DNA from: an uncultured Acidobacteriaceae bacterium
GTDB taxonomy: Bacteria; Acidobacteriota; Terriglobia; Terriglobales; Acidobacteriaceae
DNA: 64,000 nucleotides
Direction: 5' to 3'
Assembly: GCA_963756485.1 (NCBI GenBank)
Contig: CAVWNL010000011.1
Location: forward strand, 26,999 to 90,998
Positions 39,494 to 49,624 of this stretch are shown one piece after another. The notes beneath the pieces are model-generated. The model was not told the origin of the DNA. It was given only the letters and a program-made list of their open reading frames with translations, and made no database searches. The position numbers and the translations under genes were made by a program. Position 1 is the first letter of the stretch; each line of letters starts with the position of its first letter.

Positions 39494-40222
39494 ATGCAAA
39501 AACTTACTACAGATGAAATTGGCAAGTCTTATAAGGGCCGCCAGGTAGTACGCGGCGTAAACCTTGAGGTCTGTCAGGGCGAGGTAGTCGGGTTGCTGGG
39601 TCCCAATGGCGCCGGCAAGACTACCAGCTTTTACATCATTGTTGGTCTGATCACTCCTGATTCGGGACAAGTTTTCGTCGATGAAGTAGATATCACGCGC
39701 GTTCCCATGTATCTACGGGCGAGGCAATACGGCATCAGCTATCTGCCCCAGGAGCCAAGCGTGTTTCGCAAGCTGACGGTCGAAGAGAATATTCTGGCCG
39801 TGCTCGAAGTGCAGTCGCTTTCTCTCGAAGTGAGGCGCGCCCGGACGGAAAAGCTGCTGGACCAGTTGAACCTGGGGCACATCCGAAAAACCCGCGGCTA
39901 CGCGCTTTCCGGTGGCGAGCGGCGACGTGTGGAAATTGCTCGCTGTCTTTGCATTCAGCCTTCGTTCATTCTGCTGGATGAGCCATTCTCGGGCATTGAT
40001 CCGATCGCCGTGCTCGACCTGCAGGAGATCATCTTCGATCTGAAGGCGAGCGGCATCGGCGTTCTGATCACGGATCACAATGTGCGCGAGACGCTATCGG
40101 TTACCGATCGCGCCTACATCATCAATGAAGGTCGAATCTTCCGCACTGGCACCCCGGAACAGCTGGGCAAAGATCCTGAAGTCCGCCGGGTTTATCTGGG
40201 CGAAGGATTCTCGTTGAACTAG
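39494..40222 (+). CDS. lptB: LPS export ABC transporter ATP-binding protein LptB
   Basis: ..[70 protein letters not shown]... Confidence 0.9.
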   Translation: MQKLTTDEIGKSYKGRQVVRGVNLEVCQGEVVGLLGPNGAGKTTSFYIIVGLITPDSGQVFVDEVDITRVPMYLRARQYGISYLPQEPSVFRKLTVEENILAVLEVQSLSLEVRRARTEKLLDQLNLGHIRKTRGYALSGGERRRVEIARCLCIQPSFILLDEPFSGIDPIAVLDLQEIIFDLKASGIGVLITDHNVRETLSVTDRAYIINEGRIFRTGTPEQLGKDPEVRRVYLGEGFSLN

Positions 40223-40358
40223 TTGGCCTTGCCGGCGCCGCCGATGAGTGACCTTAGTCACAGGTTGGCGATGTTGGGCGTTTCGGAAAAAGCCCTCTGC
40301 GGCCGAGGCTCAGAAAAGGTAAACTAAGGCCGCTAGCTGTTTGATGCGGTGAAATGGT

Positions 40359-41957
40359 ATGGCTCTTCTACAACCAAAGCTAAGTTTGAAGGTAGCGCAG
40401 CGTCAGATCCTGACGCCTGGCCTGATGCAGATGGTCAGTGTGCTCGCGCTCAACAAGCTGGAGTTGAAAGAGCTGATCAATACCGAGATTGTCGAAAATC
40501 CGGTCTTGGAGGAGCTGGAAGAGAGTGTTCCCCTCATTGATGAAGTTGCTCTTAAAGAGGCGGAGCGCGATCGTAGCGTGGAAGAGGTTGCGGCCCAGGC
40601 AGAACGCGACAAGCGTGATCCCTTCGATGAAATAGACTTCGGTTCTTACTTTCAGGATTACCTCGATCCCGGCTTTCGCACACCCAACGGTTTTGAACAA
40701 ACCGACAAGCCATCCTTCGAAAATTTCCTTTCCCAGCCCAGTACGCTCACCGATCACCTCTTCTGGCAACTGGGTTCGCTCAACCTGAGCCGCGACTTGC
40801 GCGCTGCGGCCGAATATGTGGTGGGCAACCTCGATGAGGACGGCTACCTGATGGCCGGCGATGAAGAACTTATGGCGGGGTTCGTGCGCGAGTTCGACCC
40901 TGCTTCCACCGCTCCGCCCGGCGCGGCGTCCGAGCTTCTCGCTGAGGCCGTGCAGCTGGTGCAGAATCTCGATCCGGTTGGGGTGGCGACGCGAAGTCTA
41001 CGCGAATGCTTGCTGGTACAGATTGAAGCGCAGCGCCGTGAGTTTCAACTCCAGCTCGGGCGCCGGGCCGCTTCCATGGCGGCGCAGACAGACTCCAACG
41101 CGGGAGAAGGCGAGGCGGCTCCGTCGCTGGGCTTGCACGAGGTTCGGTTGCAGGTGTTTTCGCTCGCGGCCCGGATCGTTGATCAGCACTTGTTGTTGTT
41201 GCAGAAGCGAGACTTGCGCGAGATGTCCAAGGTCCTGGGCGCGCAGCCGGACGCCATCCAGCACGCGATCGACTTTATTCGCAGCCTCGACCCACGTCCC
41301 GGCCAGCGATTTAACCGGTCGGATGCCCGCCTCATCGAGCCCGATGTGGCTTTCGTCAAGCGGGGCGGTGAGTTTGTGGTGGTCATGAATGAGGAAGACC
41401 TTCCCACCTTGCGGCTCAACCATGGCTATCGCAAACTGTTGTCGCAGGAAGGCACGGAGAGAGATGTAAAGGAGTACGTCAAAGAGCGTTATCGCTCCGC
41501 GCTGCAGTTGATGCGCAATATCGAGCAGCGGAAGAACACCATTCTGAGAACCTGCGAAGCCATCGTGCGCCGCCAGGGCGACTTCCTGGAGCGGGGCGTG
41601 GACGCGCTGAAGCCGATGATGATCAAGGAGGTTGCGGAGGAGATCGGAGTTCACCCGTCTACGGTCAGCCGCGCGGTTTCGAGTAAATATGTGCACACAT
41701 CGCAGGGCGTTTTTGAACTTCGGTTCTTTTTCTCTGAAGGTGTGCATGGGCCTGAGGGCGGCAGCACTCCACTCATGCTGCTGAAGCGCAAGGTCAAGAA
41801 GTTAATCGATGATGAGGATCCGCGAAAACCACTGACCGATGATTTGATCGCCAGCATGTTAGAAGCGCAGGGCATAGACGTAACCCGCCGCACGGTCGCC
41901 AAGTACCGTGAAGACCTGCGCATTCCCAGTACCCACCAACGCCGAGTGCGCGATTAG
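40359..41957 (+). CDS. rpoN: RNA polymerase sigma-54 factor
   Basis: MALLQPKLSLKVAQRQILTPGLMQMVSVLALNKLEL.. and the C-terminal RpoN box ..VHPSTVSRAVSSKYVHTSQGVFELRFFFS..RRTVAKYRE... Confidence 0.95.
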   Translation: MALLQPKLSLKVAQRQILTPGLMQMVSVLALNKLELKELINTEIVENPVLEELEESVPLIDEVALKEAERDRSVEEVAAQAERDKRDPFDEIDFGSYFQDYLDPGFRTPNGFEQTDKPSFENFLSQPSTLTDHLFWQLGSLNLSRDLRAAAEYVVGNLDEDGYLMAGDEELMAGFVREFDPASTAPPGAASELLAEAVQLVQNLDPVGVATRSLRECLLVQIEAQRREFQLQLGRRAASMAAQTDSNAGEGEAAPSLGLHEVRLQVFSLAARIVDQHLLLLQKRDLREMSKVLGAQPDAIQHAIDFIRSLDPRPGQRFNRSDARLIEPDVAFVKRGGEFVVVMNEEDLPTLRLNHGYRKLLSQEGTERDVKEYVKERYRSALQLMRNIEQRKNTILRTCEAIVRRQGDFLERGVDALKPMMIKEVAEEIGVHPSTVSRAVSSKYVHTSQGVFELRFFFSEGVHGPEGGSTPLMLLKRKVKKLIDDEDPRKPLTDDLIASMLEAQGIDVTRRTVAKYREDLRIPSTHQRRVRD

Positions 41958-42219
41958 CTTAACCCTTTCGTCTATTCGTGCAAGGGAGAACGTGACGCCT
42001 TCCAGCCGTTTGTCTTCTGCATCATATTTGTAACGGTCTTGTACCGAGCGTGACTATGGGCAACCCTTTGTTGACGAAAGAAGCACGTGAGTATATTTTC
42101 CTGGGTCCAGGCTACAGAGAGAAATCCGCTCCGCCCCGGAGGGGACTCTTCTGGCCGAAATCTCCAACCCACAGCAATTTTCAAAATGCTATAGAATCGG
42201 GCATCTCAGGAGCTTCAAC

Positions 42220-42870
42220 ATGCCGGTTGAATGCACGGGCAGGCAGGTGGCAGTCACCCAGCCACTGCGTACTTTAGCGGAAGAAGGAATCGAGCGCATT
42301 GCCAGGATTCTCGGCAAGATCACCAGCGCCCATGTGGTTCTGACTGCAGAGAAATACCGGCAAATCGCCGAAGTGACAGTCAAGACTCGTAATTGCACAC
42401 TGGTGGCTCTTTGCGAATCCAGCGCTAACATGGAGTCCGCTTTGCGCGAGGCGCTGGCAAAGGCGGAAACGCAGGCAACGCGTTACAAAGACAAGCAGCG
42501 CACGCGCAAGCGCCAACCAAAGCTGGAAAAACAACTGGAGGAAACGGGCGTAGCGCGCAGCGGGCGCGGCAGTGAGCCCGAGGCCAAGGCGGAGAAGATT
42601 GCCAATGGTAATGGGAGCAACGGCAAGAGCCACGCCCAACCGGCCATTCCCGTCACTGTGCATTCCTTTCCGGCGCGGGTTCCGATTGCAGAGCCCCACG
42701 TGGTGCGCTCGCTTGACTCCGTGGCGCTGCGGCCCATGACGCTGGAAGAAGCGGTCAAGGAGGCGGAGTTCCGTGACCGGGATGTGTTTGTCTTCCGGGA
42801 TAACGAAGGTAATGTGAAAGTTCTGCACCGCAAGCGCGATGGCAAGATGGAACTGATTGAAGCCCCGTAA
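42220..42870 (+). CDS. hpf: Ribosome hibernation promoting factor, long form
   Basis: The N-terminal S30AE/YfiA-like part reads ..GRQVAVTQPLRTLAEEGIERIARILGKITSAHVVLTAEKYRQIAEVTV... A basic linker follows. The C-terminal dimerisation domain reads ..VVRSLDSVALRPMTLEEAVKEAEFRDRDVFVFRDNEGNVKVLHRKRDGKMELIE. Confidence 0.9.
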   Translation: MPVECTGRQVAVTQPLRTLAEEGIERIARILGKITSAHVVLTAEKYRQIAEVTVKTRNCTLVALCESSANMESALREALAKAETQATRYKDKQRTRKRQPKLEKQLEETGVARSGRGSEPEAKAEKIANGNGSNGKSHAQPAIPVTVHSFPARVPIAEPHVVRSLDSVALRPMTLEEAVKEAEFRDRDVFVFRDNEGNVKVLHRKRDGKMELIEAP

Positions 42871-42983
42871 CCAAATAGTTTCGGCCGCGAATAATCTCTG
42901 CAGCAAGGGCACAGCGCGATATCCGCTGTTCGACTGGTTACGAAGGGCACGCTTTACAGGTCGCTGAAAAACTCGGTTTGTAA

Positions 42984-43009
42984 CAGGGCACGACTTGAGT
43001 CGTGCCCTG
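42984..43009. repeat. Perfect 11-bp hairpin (cagggcacgac-ttga-gtcgtgccctg), a relative of the unit at 5123-5143
   Basis: Read directly from the sequence, 114 nt downstream of the hpf stop. No U tract follows. Confidence 0.5.
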
Positions 43010-43324
43010 ATGGATTTGAGAATGCGTTGGGCTTTAGCCCCTGAGGTGCGTTTTTCTTGTCCGGTTCCGAATTCTCAAGATCCTGTTCAACCACGCCCGG
43101 CTGGCGGATGGAGCCATACTTGTAGCCAACGTAGTGATTGATGACTCAGCGTCTCTTCATCCATGCCACGCCAACTCATTCGGTAGCAAATGGTTGCGGA
43201 TTTTAAAGACCTAAGTAACTGCGACCTCGGAGTTTGCCGGTACTTCTTTCAGGGGATATTCCTGCTTGGAAAGCGACCTTGATACTCAAGCCTGTGGGGG
43301 CTCTGTCCGCTGCGTTGATCGACT

Positions 43325-45431
43325 ATGAATTCAGAAGCTGAAGTTTCCGTACTCACGGCCCAGCAACGGTCTCTCCTCGAATCCCTGCCGTGCTACGTCT
43401 TTGTGCAGCGGGGTAAGAACGTAATTTACGCCAATCGTGGCGCGCGCGAGATTCTCCACCTGGAGGATGGTGCGTCACTGCCCATCGACGATCTCTTTGT
43501 CGGCAAGTTCCCTGGTTTTGTTTATGCGGGTACGGCTTCGCGTGGGCCGGCGAATGTCTACGGCGCCGACCATGCGTATTCGTCCGACTTTCAATGCCAG
43601 ATGCGCACGCCACTGGATTCCGCAGTCCCGGTCCGCGGAAGCTTCCGCATGCTCCGGGTGGAACCGGAGCCGGAACTGCTGATCGTTGCACTAAGGTCCC
43701 GGCACGAGGCGCAAGAGGATCCACGGCACGATGAGCGGGAGAATGCGGAGCAGGGTTCGCCGTCGAACTTCCTGGAGCATTTGTTGAACGCCGCTCCGGA
43801 AGCCATCATGATCACGCGCGGCTCAAAAATTCTGCATATCAATCGCGAGTTCGAAGCCCTCTTCGGCTATAACGCCGACGAAGCGCTGGGCCAGAATACC
43901 TACGACATCCTCATACCCGAAACCCGGCGCCATGAGTTCGATATCCTCGAGCACACCATGCAGCTCCACGGCCGGGCTTCGATGGAGACCGTCCGCCTGC
44001 ACAAGTCAGGGGAGCTGATCGATGTCTCGATCCTGGTCGCTCCGATCAACATGTCGGGTATCGAAATCGGAAATTTTGTCAGTTACCGCGACATACGGGA
44101 TAAGAAACAATCGGATGCCCGCCTGCAGCACGATGCCTTGCGCGACCCGTTGACGGGTTTGGCGAACCGGGCTTTATTCCTGGATCGCCTGCAGCTGATC
44201 ATGGCCCGGCAGCAGCGCCATTCCCATTTGAACTTTGCCGTGATGTATCTCGACCTCGACCGCTTCAAGACAGTGAACGACAACCTGGGCCACGCCGCCG
44301 GCGACGATCTGCTGGTGCGCGTCGCGGCTCGCCTGCGGTCCTGCGTTCGCCCGGAAGATACCGTGGCCCGCTTCGATGGAGATGAATTTGCCATCCTGCT
44401 CGAGGACGTCACCAATATTTCCGATGTAACCAAAATCGCCGAGCGTGCCCAGCACGACATTCGCTTGCCCGTTGAGCTGAATGGCCACGAGATTTTCGTC
44501 TCCGCCAGCATTGGCATCGCATTCGGGACCCTGGACCATACCAGTCCGGAGCAGATCCTGCGCGATGCCGACTTTGCCATGTATCAGGCCAAATCCAACG
44601 GTCACGCGCGTCACGAGGTCTTTGACGGCTCCATGCACGTGCACGTGGCCGCACAGACTGAAGCAGGAGCACGACCTCAAGACGGCTCTGGAGAAAAAAG
44701 AATTTGCGGTCTGGTATCAGCCCATCTACCGGCTGGCTACGGGTGAGATTGAGGGCTTCGAGGCGCTCCTCCGCTGGCGTCGCGGCGAAGAGTGGATCCC
44801 ACCGCAGGAGTTCCTGCCCACAGCAGAAGAGACGGGACTCATCATTCCCATGGGCATGTTTGTGCTGGAGGAGGCTTGCCGGCAGCTGAGCCGCTGGGCC
44901 GAGACCATGCCTGAGAAGAACCTGAGCATTGATGTGAATTTGTCTTCGCGGCAGTTCCGCGATCCCAATTTCCTTGCTGAGCTTGCGAACTTGCTGGCCA
45001 AGTGGAAGATCTCTCCGGGACTGCTTCGCCTCGAGATCTCGGAAGCAGCCGTCAATCAGGATCCGGAAGCTGCCCTGGTGGTTTTCCAGGGTCTAGCGGA
45101 TCTGAAAGTCAGCGCTGCCCTGGACAATTTCGGCGCCGGTCTGGCATCCATGAATCACTTCCTCCGCCTGCCGATTGATCTGGTGAAAGTCGATCGCCGG
45201 CTGATTGCCTATCTGCCGATTCCCGGCAAGCAGGCGGCCGTCCTGCAAACCATCTTCGATCTTGGACGCATGCTGGAAGTGCGCATGCTGGCGGAAGGCA
45301 TCGAGCGCAAGGAACAGTTGGAGGCGCTGCTCAAGTTCGGTTGCGATCTGGGTCAGGGGCATTTGTTTTCGCCGCCGGTTGCGCAGGAAAAGACGCAAGC
45401 ATTACTCGATAACGGTCCTTGGCGCATTTAA
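43325..45431 (+). pseudogene. PAS-PAS-GGDEF-EAL signalling protein (c-di-GMP turnover), one frame break between the GGDEF and EAL domains
   Basis: PAS: ..NAAPEAIMITRGSKILHINREFEALFGY... GGDEF: ..DPLTGLANRALF..YLDLDRFKTVNDNLGHAAGDDLL..RFDGDEFAILL... After the break at about 44645-57, EAL: ..KEFAVWYQPIY..GFEALLRW..VNLS..LEISE..LDNFGAG... Confidence 0.85.
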
Positions 45432-45459
45432 GCTGCTTTTGAAATGCTACGATGGCCCC

Positions 45460-46387
45460 ATGCCACGCAAGCGCGAGCCAAAACCCATCGCTCCCAGCGC
45501 CGCTAAGAAAAAAGCTGCTGTGGTGCCCGCGGTTGCGTCCGAGCTGGTGATTCTTACCGGCCTTTCCGGATCAGGCAAGGCCTCCGCGCTTAAGGCGTTT
45601 GAAGACCTGGGTTTTTACGCAGTCGACAATATGCCTCTGGAGTTGATTCCCGCATTTGCCGACCTGGTGCGGCAATCGGCGGAGATTAACCGCGCGGCTC
45701 TGGTCGTCGATGTGCGCGAGGGGCAGCATCTCGATCGCTTCCCCGCGATCCTCCGCAAGGTAAGAAAAGTTCTTTCGACCACCGTGGTGTTTCTCGATGC
45801 CGCGGACCCGTCCCTGGTGCGTCGATTCTCTGAAACCCGGCGCCCGCACCCGCTGGGCCGGACGGAAACGGTGATTCGCGCCATTCATGCGGAGAGAAAG
45901 CTTCTTGCTCCCATCCGCAATCTGGCCGACATGATTGTCGATACCACTCGCTTGAACGTGCACGAATTGCGCGCCCACATCCTGCAGAAGTTTGAGCGTG
46001 GAGATACAGACAAGAACCTGCTGGTCTCCTCGATCAGTTTCGGTTACAAGAACGGTGTTCCTCTTGAGGCGGACCTGGTTTTCGACGTCAGGTTCCTTCC
46101 TAATCCGCATTTCGTGCCCGAGTTCCGGGACCTGACCGGCCGTCGATCCCAAGGTGGCAAAATACATCCGCGAATTCCCCCAGACCTGCGAGTTTCTGGA
46201 CCGGGTTACGCAGTTGTTGCTCTTCCTGTTGCCCCATTACATCGAGGAGGGCAAAAGCTATCTCACCGTGGCATTCGGCTGCACCGGGGGCCAGCATCGT
46301 TCGGTGATGATCGCCGAGGAAGTCCAAAAGCGGCTGGCCAAGGAAGGGTACCGGGTAAAAACAGTCCACCGGGACATGCCTCATTGA
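45460..46387 (+). pseudogene. rapZ: RNase adapter protein RapZ (YhbJ family), one frame break
   Basis: ..VILTGLSGSGKASALKAFEDLGFYAVDNMPLELI..FLDAADPSLVRRFSETRRPHPL..DVRFLPNPHFVPEFRDLTGR. After the break at about 46141-44 it continues DPKVAKYIREFPQTCEFL..VAFGCTGGQHRSV... Confidence 0.85.
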
Positions 46388-46485
46388 ATTGGTGCGGATG
46401 TGGGCAGGTAGGTACGGACTTCGGCCCGCAAATGAACACAGCGGCGGGGTATCCCGAACGGGTTGGTTGACCCTCTTTATCGACC

Positions 46486-46638
46486 GCAGGTCCCTCCGCT
46501 CCGCTTCGCTCCGGTCGGGATGACAAGGGGGAGGGCGGCGACGATTTTATAAACAGTTGTTGTTGGACCGAGGTGCTTTCAAATCTATAAGGTCAGCCGT
46601 CCCTGCGGGACTTTTCCAGTACGGGCTGTCAGCCCGTA
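46486..46638. repeat. Dispersed repeat units in the rapZ / msbA intergenic region
   Basis: 46486-46526 is the reverse of ttgtcatcccga..gaagcggag..gggacctgc (same family as 52236-52272). 46592-46611 is gtcagccgtccctgcgggac. 46620-46638 is the hairpin tacgggctgtcagcccgta. Confidence 0.6.
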
Positions 46639-46791
46639 CATAAGCGCAGCGCGTCGAGGCCTTCTGGCCCTAAGGGTCTCCAAAACATTGGGGATTCTAG
46701 CCACCCTTGGGCACCGTGGCGGGGACCTCGTCCCGGCGATTACAATAACTGGGATGCGTTCCCGGCAGCGCCGCGGCTTTGGGGTTCCCTC

Positions 46792-48666
46792 TTGAGGAGG
46801 GTCCTGCGCCTGTTGGGTTACGTACGGCCGTATTGGCTGCAGTCAGTCGCGTCGGTGATCCTGATGGCCGGCGTGGGTCTTTTGGACGCCTTCCGGCTCC
46901 TGCTGGTCGGTCCCATTTTTGACCGCGTGCTCAACCCCAATGCGCCGGACCGCACCATTCCGCTCCTCGGGCCTCGCTTCGGTATAAGCCTGCAACAGCT
47001 TGTCCCCTCCCATTTACACAATGCCTGGGACATTGTTGCCTTCGCCCTGGTCGTTTCCACCCTGCTCAAGGGGATCTTCGATTACTGCGGAACCTACCTG
47101 GTGAACTACGCCGGCTTCGGCATGATCACCGATCTTCGCGATGACCTGTATGACGCCATCCTGCGGCGCTCTGTTTCCTTCTTCCAACAGAATTCGACCG
47201 GCACCATCGTTTCTACCCTGATCAACGACATCGAACGAGTACAGTTCGCCATGTCCTCGGTGCTGGCGGAATTTCTGCAGCAGTTCTTCACCCTGATCTT
47301 TACCGCGTGTGTGGTGGTGGCCCTGGGCGGCAAGCTGGCCTGGGTATTGCTGCTGTTCGTTCCCATCGTTCTTGGCTCAGCTCGCAGGATCGGCCGCAAG
47401 GTGCGGCAGACCACCCGCAAGGGCCAGGACAAACTGGCCGAGATCCAGAACATATTGCACGAGACCATCACCGGGAACCGCATCGTCAAGGCTTTCAACA
47501 TGGAGTTTTGGGAGATGATGCGGTTCAAGCAGGCGGCTCGACGGCTGTTTGACGCCAATCTTCGCTCCGTCCGTGCCCAGGCCATCAGTTCGCCGCTCAT
47601 GGATACCATCGGCGCGGTGGCGATTGCCTTATTGCTCTGGGTGGGCCGCAACAGCATCCGCAGCCATGTCCTGACGGCCGGAACCTTCTTCGCCTTCATC
47701 ATTGCGGTGTTCAAGCTATACGAGCCGGTGCGCAAATTTGCCCTGTTCTATAACAACTTCCAGCAGGCCCTGGGAGCGTCGTCCGAGATTTTCCGCTTCA
47801 TGGATACCCAGGACGAGGTGCGGGAGAAGGCCGGCGCCTACGTGATCAAGGAATTCCGCGAGCAGATCCAGTTCGAGAATGTCTGCTTCGACTATCGCAA
47901 CGAAGAAGGCGAACGGCAGGTGTTGCGACAGATCAATCTGGAGGTCCCGCGGGGTGAGGTGGTCGCGCTGGTGGGTCCCAGCGGCGCAGGCAAATCTACC
48001 CTGGTGAATCTGATCCCCCGCTTCTTTGACGTTACCGGCGGCAGCATCCGCATTGACGGACATGATCTGCGGGACGTGAGCCTGGCTTCCCTTCGTGCTC
48101 AGATTGGCAACGTGACCCAGGAAACGATTCTGTTCAACGACACGGTGCGCAATAACATTGCTTATGGCGAAGCCGGCATTCCCATCAGCCAGGTCATCGC
48201 CTCCGCCCAGGCGGCGTTGGCGCATGACTTCATCGAGCGGCTTCCGGAAAAGTACGATACAGTGATCGGGGAAAAGGGGTTTCGCCTCTCCGGCGGAGAG
48301 CGGCAGCGCATTGCCATCGCCCGGGCGTTGCTCAAGGACGCGCCTATCCTCATTCTTGACGAAGCGACCTCGGCCCTTGACTCGGAAAGCGAGTCCCTGG
48401 TGCAGGCCGCCCTTTCCAACCTGATTGCCGGGCGAACCGTATTTGTCATCGCCCACCGCTTATCAACCGTGCGCCGCGCATCCCGCATTGCCGTGATTGA
48501 AGACGGCCGCATCACCGCCATTGGCCCGCACGAAGAGCTGCTCCGGGTCTCATCCACCTACCAGCGCCTGTACCAGTTGCAGTTTATGGATCCGGCGGAG
48601 TATCCCGGCAACGTGCTTCCCAAAGAAGTGCTCGAGCCCGCCTTGAGCGCAGAGGTGCAACCTTGA
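46792..48666 (+). CDS. msbA: ABC exporter, fused permease/ATPase, MsbA-like (lipid A/lipid flippase type)
   Basis: Intact 624 aa with six N-terminal TM helices, then ..LVGPSGAGKSTL..LSGGERQRIAIARALL..ILILDEATSALD..IAHRLSTV... TTG start. Confidence 0.8.
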   Translation: MRRVLRLLGYVRPYWLQSVASVILMAGVGLLDAFRLLLVGPIFDRVLNPNAPDRTIPLLGPRFGISLQQLVPSHLHNAWDIVAFALVVSTLLKGIFDYCGTYLVNYAGFGMITDLRDDLYDAILRRSVSFFQQNSTGTIVSTLINDIERVQFAMSSVLAEFLQQFFTLIFTACVVVALGGKLAWVLLLFVPIVLGSARRIGRKVRQTTRKGQDKLAEIQNILHETITGNRIVKAFNMEFWEMMRFKQAARRLFDANLRSVRAQAISSPLMDTIGAVAIALLLWVGRNSIRSHVLTAGTFFAFIIAVFKLYEPVRKFALFYNNFQQALGASSEIFRFMDTQDEVREKAGAYVIKEFREQIQFENVCFDYRNEEGERQVLRQINLEVPRGEVVALVGPSGAGKSTLVNLIPRFFDVTGGSIRIDGHDLRDVSLASLRAQIGNVTQETILFNDTVRNNIAYGEAGIPISQVIASAQAALAHDFIERLPEKYDTVIGEKGFRLSGGERQRIAIARALLKDAPILILDEATSALDSESESLVQAALSNLIAGRTVFVIAHRLSTVRRASRIAVIEDGRITAIGPHEELLRVSSTYQRLYQLQFMDPAEYPGNVLPKEVLEPALSAEVQP

Positions 48667-48731
48667 GTTCACACGTTCATCCGGCGCCGGTTAAGCCGCC
48701 CGCCCCGGTTCACTCCCTCCCTGTCCATTCG

Positions 48732-49619
48732 ATGACCGGCTTCGCCCGCACCAGCGGCCGCATCAACGATCTCCTCTCCTGGAACCTCTCGCTCAAAAGC
48801 GTCAATCATCGTTTTCTCGATTTGCACATGCGCATGCCCGCCGGCGCCGAGCCTCTGGAAATGCGCTTGCGCAGGCTGCTTAAGGAAAAGGTGCTGCGCG
48901 GCCACCTGGAGGTCACCTTGACGGTCGACCGCGGTTTGCGCCCCAGTGCTCAGTTTGACGCCGGCCTGCTGCAGGGCTATGTCGCCGCCTTTCGCGCCGC
49001 TGCGGCCGAGACCGGGCTTCCGCAGCAGCCGGATCTGAATGTTATCTTCCGCCTGCCCGGTGTGCTGACCGGGGAAATGCGCTTCACGGAAGAAGAAGTG
49101 AAAGTCCTGGAGGAAAGTGTGGCGGCGCAACTCGGCCCTCTGGTCGAGGAGTTAAATCGTATGCGAGCCCAGGAGGGCGCTGCGCTGGCCCGGGATCTGG
49201 GCGCCACCATGGAGCGCCTGGATTTCGCCGTCTCCCAGGTTGCGCAGATGCGGCACGACGTCCAGAAGGCCTACTTTGAACGCATTAGCCAGCGCCTCGC
49301 GGCCCTGCTGAACGGCAACGGGGTCATCGACCGGGACCGGGTCCTGCAGGAATCGGCAATGCTCGCCGAACGCAGCGACGTGGAAGAAGAGGTAACCCGG
49401 CTGCGCACCCATATCCAGCACTTCCATTCGCTTTTGCAGGCAGGCGGCGAAATGGGCAAAAAGCTCGATTTCCTGTTGCAGGAGATGAATCGCGAGGCCA
49501 ACACACTCCTGTCAAAGACAGGCGGAGTAAGCGGAAACGGCCAGCGAATTACTGATTTGGGCCTGGGAATGAAATCGGAGATCGAAAAAGCGCGCGAACA
49601 GGTGCAGAATCTTGAGTAA
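48732..49619 (+). CDS. yicC: YicC/YloC-family stress-induced protein
   Basis: MTGFARTSG..LSLKSVNHRFLDL.. and the C-terminal ..GKKLDFLLQEMNREANTLLSK..KSEIEKAREQVQNLE. The ORF is open from TTG 48663, so the start is uncertain. Confidence 0.85.
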   Translation: MTGFARTSGRINDLLSWNLSLKSVNHRFLDLHMRMPAGAEPLEMRLRRLLKEKVLRGHLEVTLTVDRGLRPSAQFDAGLLQGYVAAFRAAAAETGLPQQPDLNVIFRLPGVLTGEMRFTEEEVKVLEESVAAQLGPLVEELNRMRAQEGAALARDLGATMERLDFAVSQVAQMRHDVQKAYFERISQRLAALLNGNGVIDRDRVLQESAMLAERSDVEEEVTRLRTHIQHFHSLLQAGGEMGKKLDFLLQEMNREANTLLSKTGGVSGNGQRITDLGLGMKSEIEKAREQVQNLE

Positions 49620-49624
49620 CACTT

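Noticed and set aside
43060-43200. Minus-strand reading ..VINHYVGYKYGSIRQPGVVEQDLENS.. in the hpf / GGDEF intergenic region, a possible gene remnant
   Set aside because: It is short, has no start or stop context I can support, and I cannot assign it to a family by eye. The downstream part of the same frame is repeat-derived. It is worth a tblastn but not reportable as a feature.
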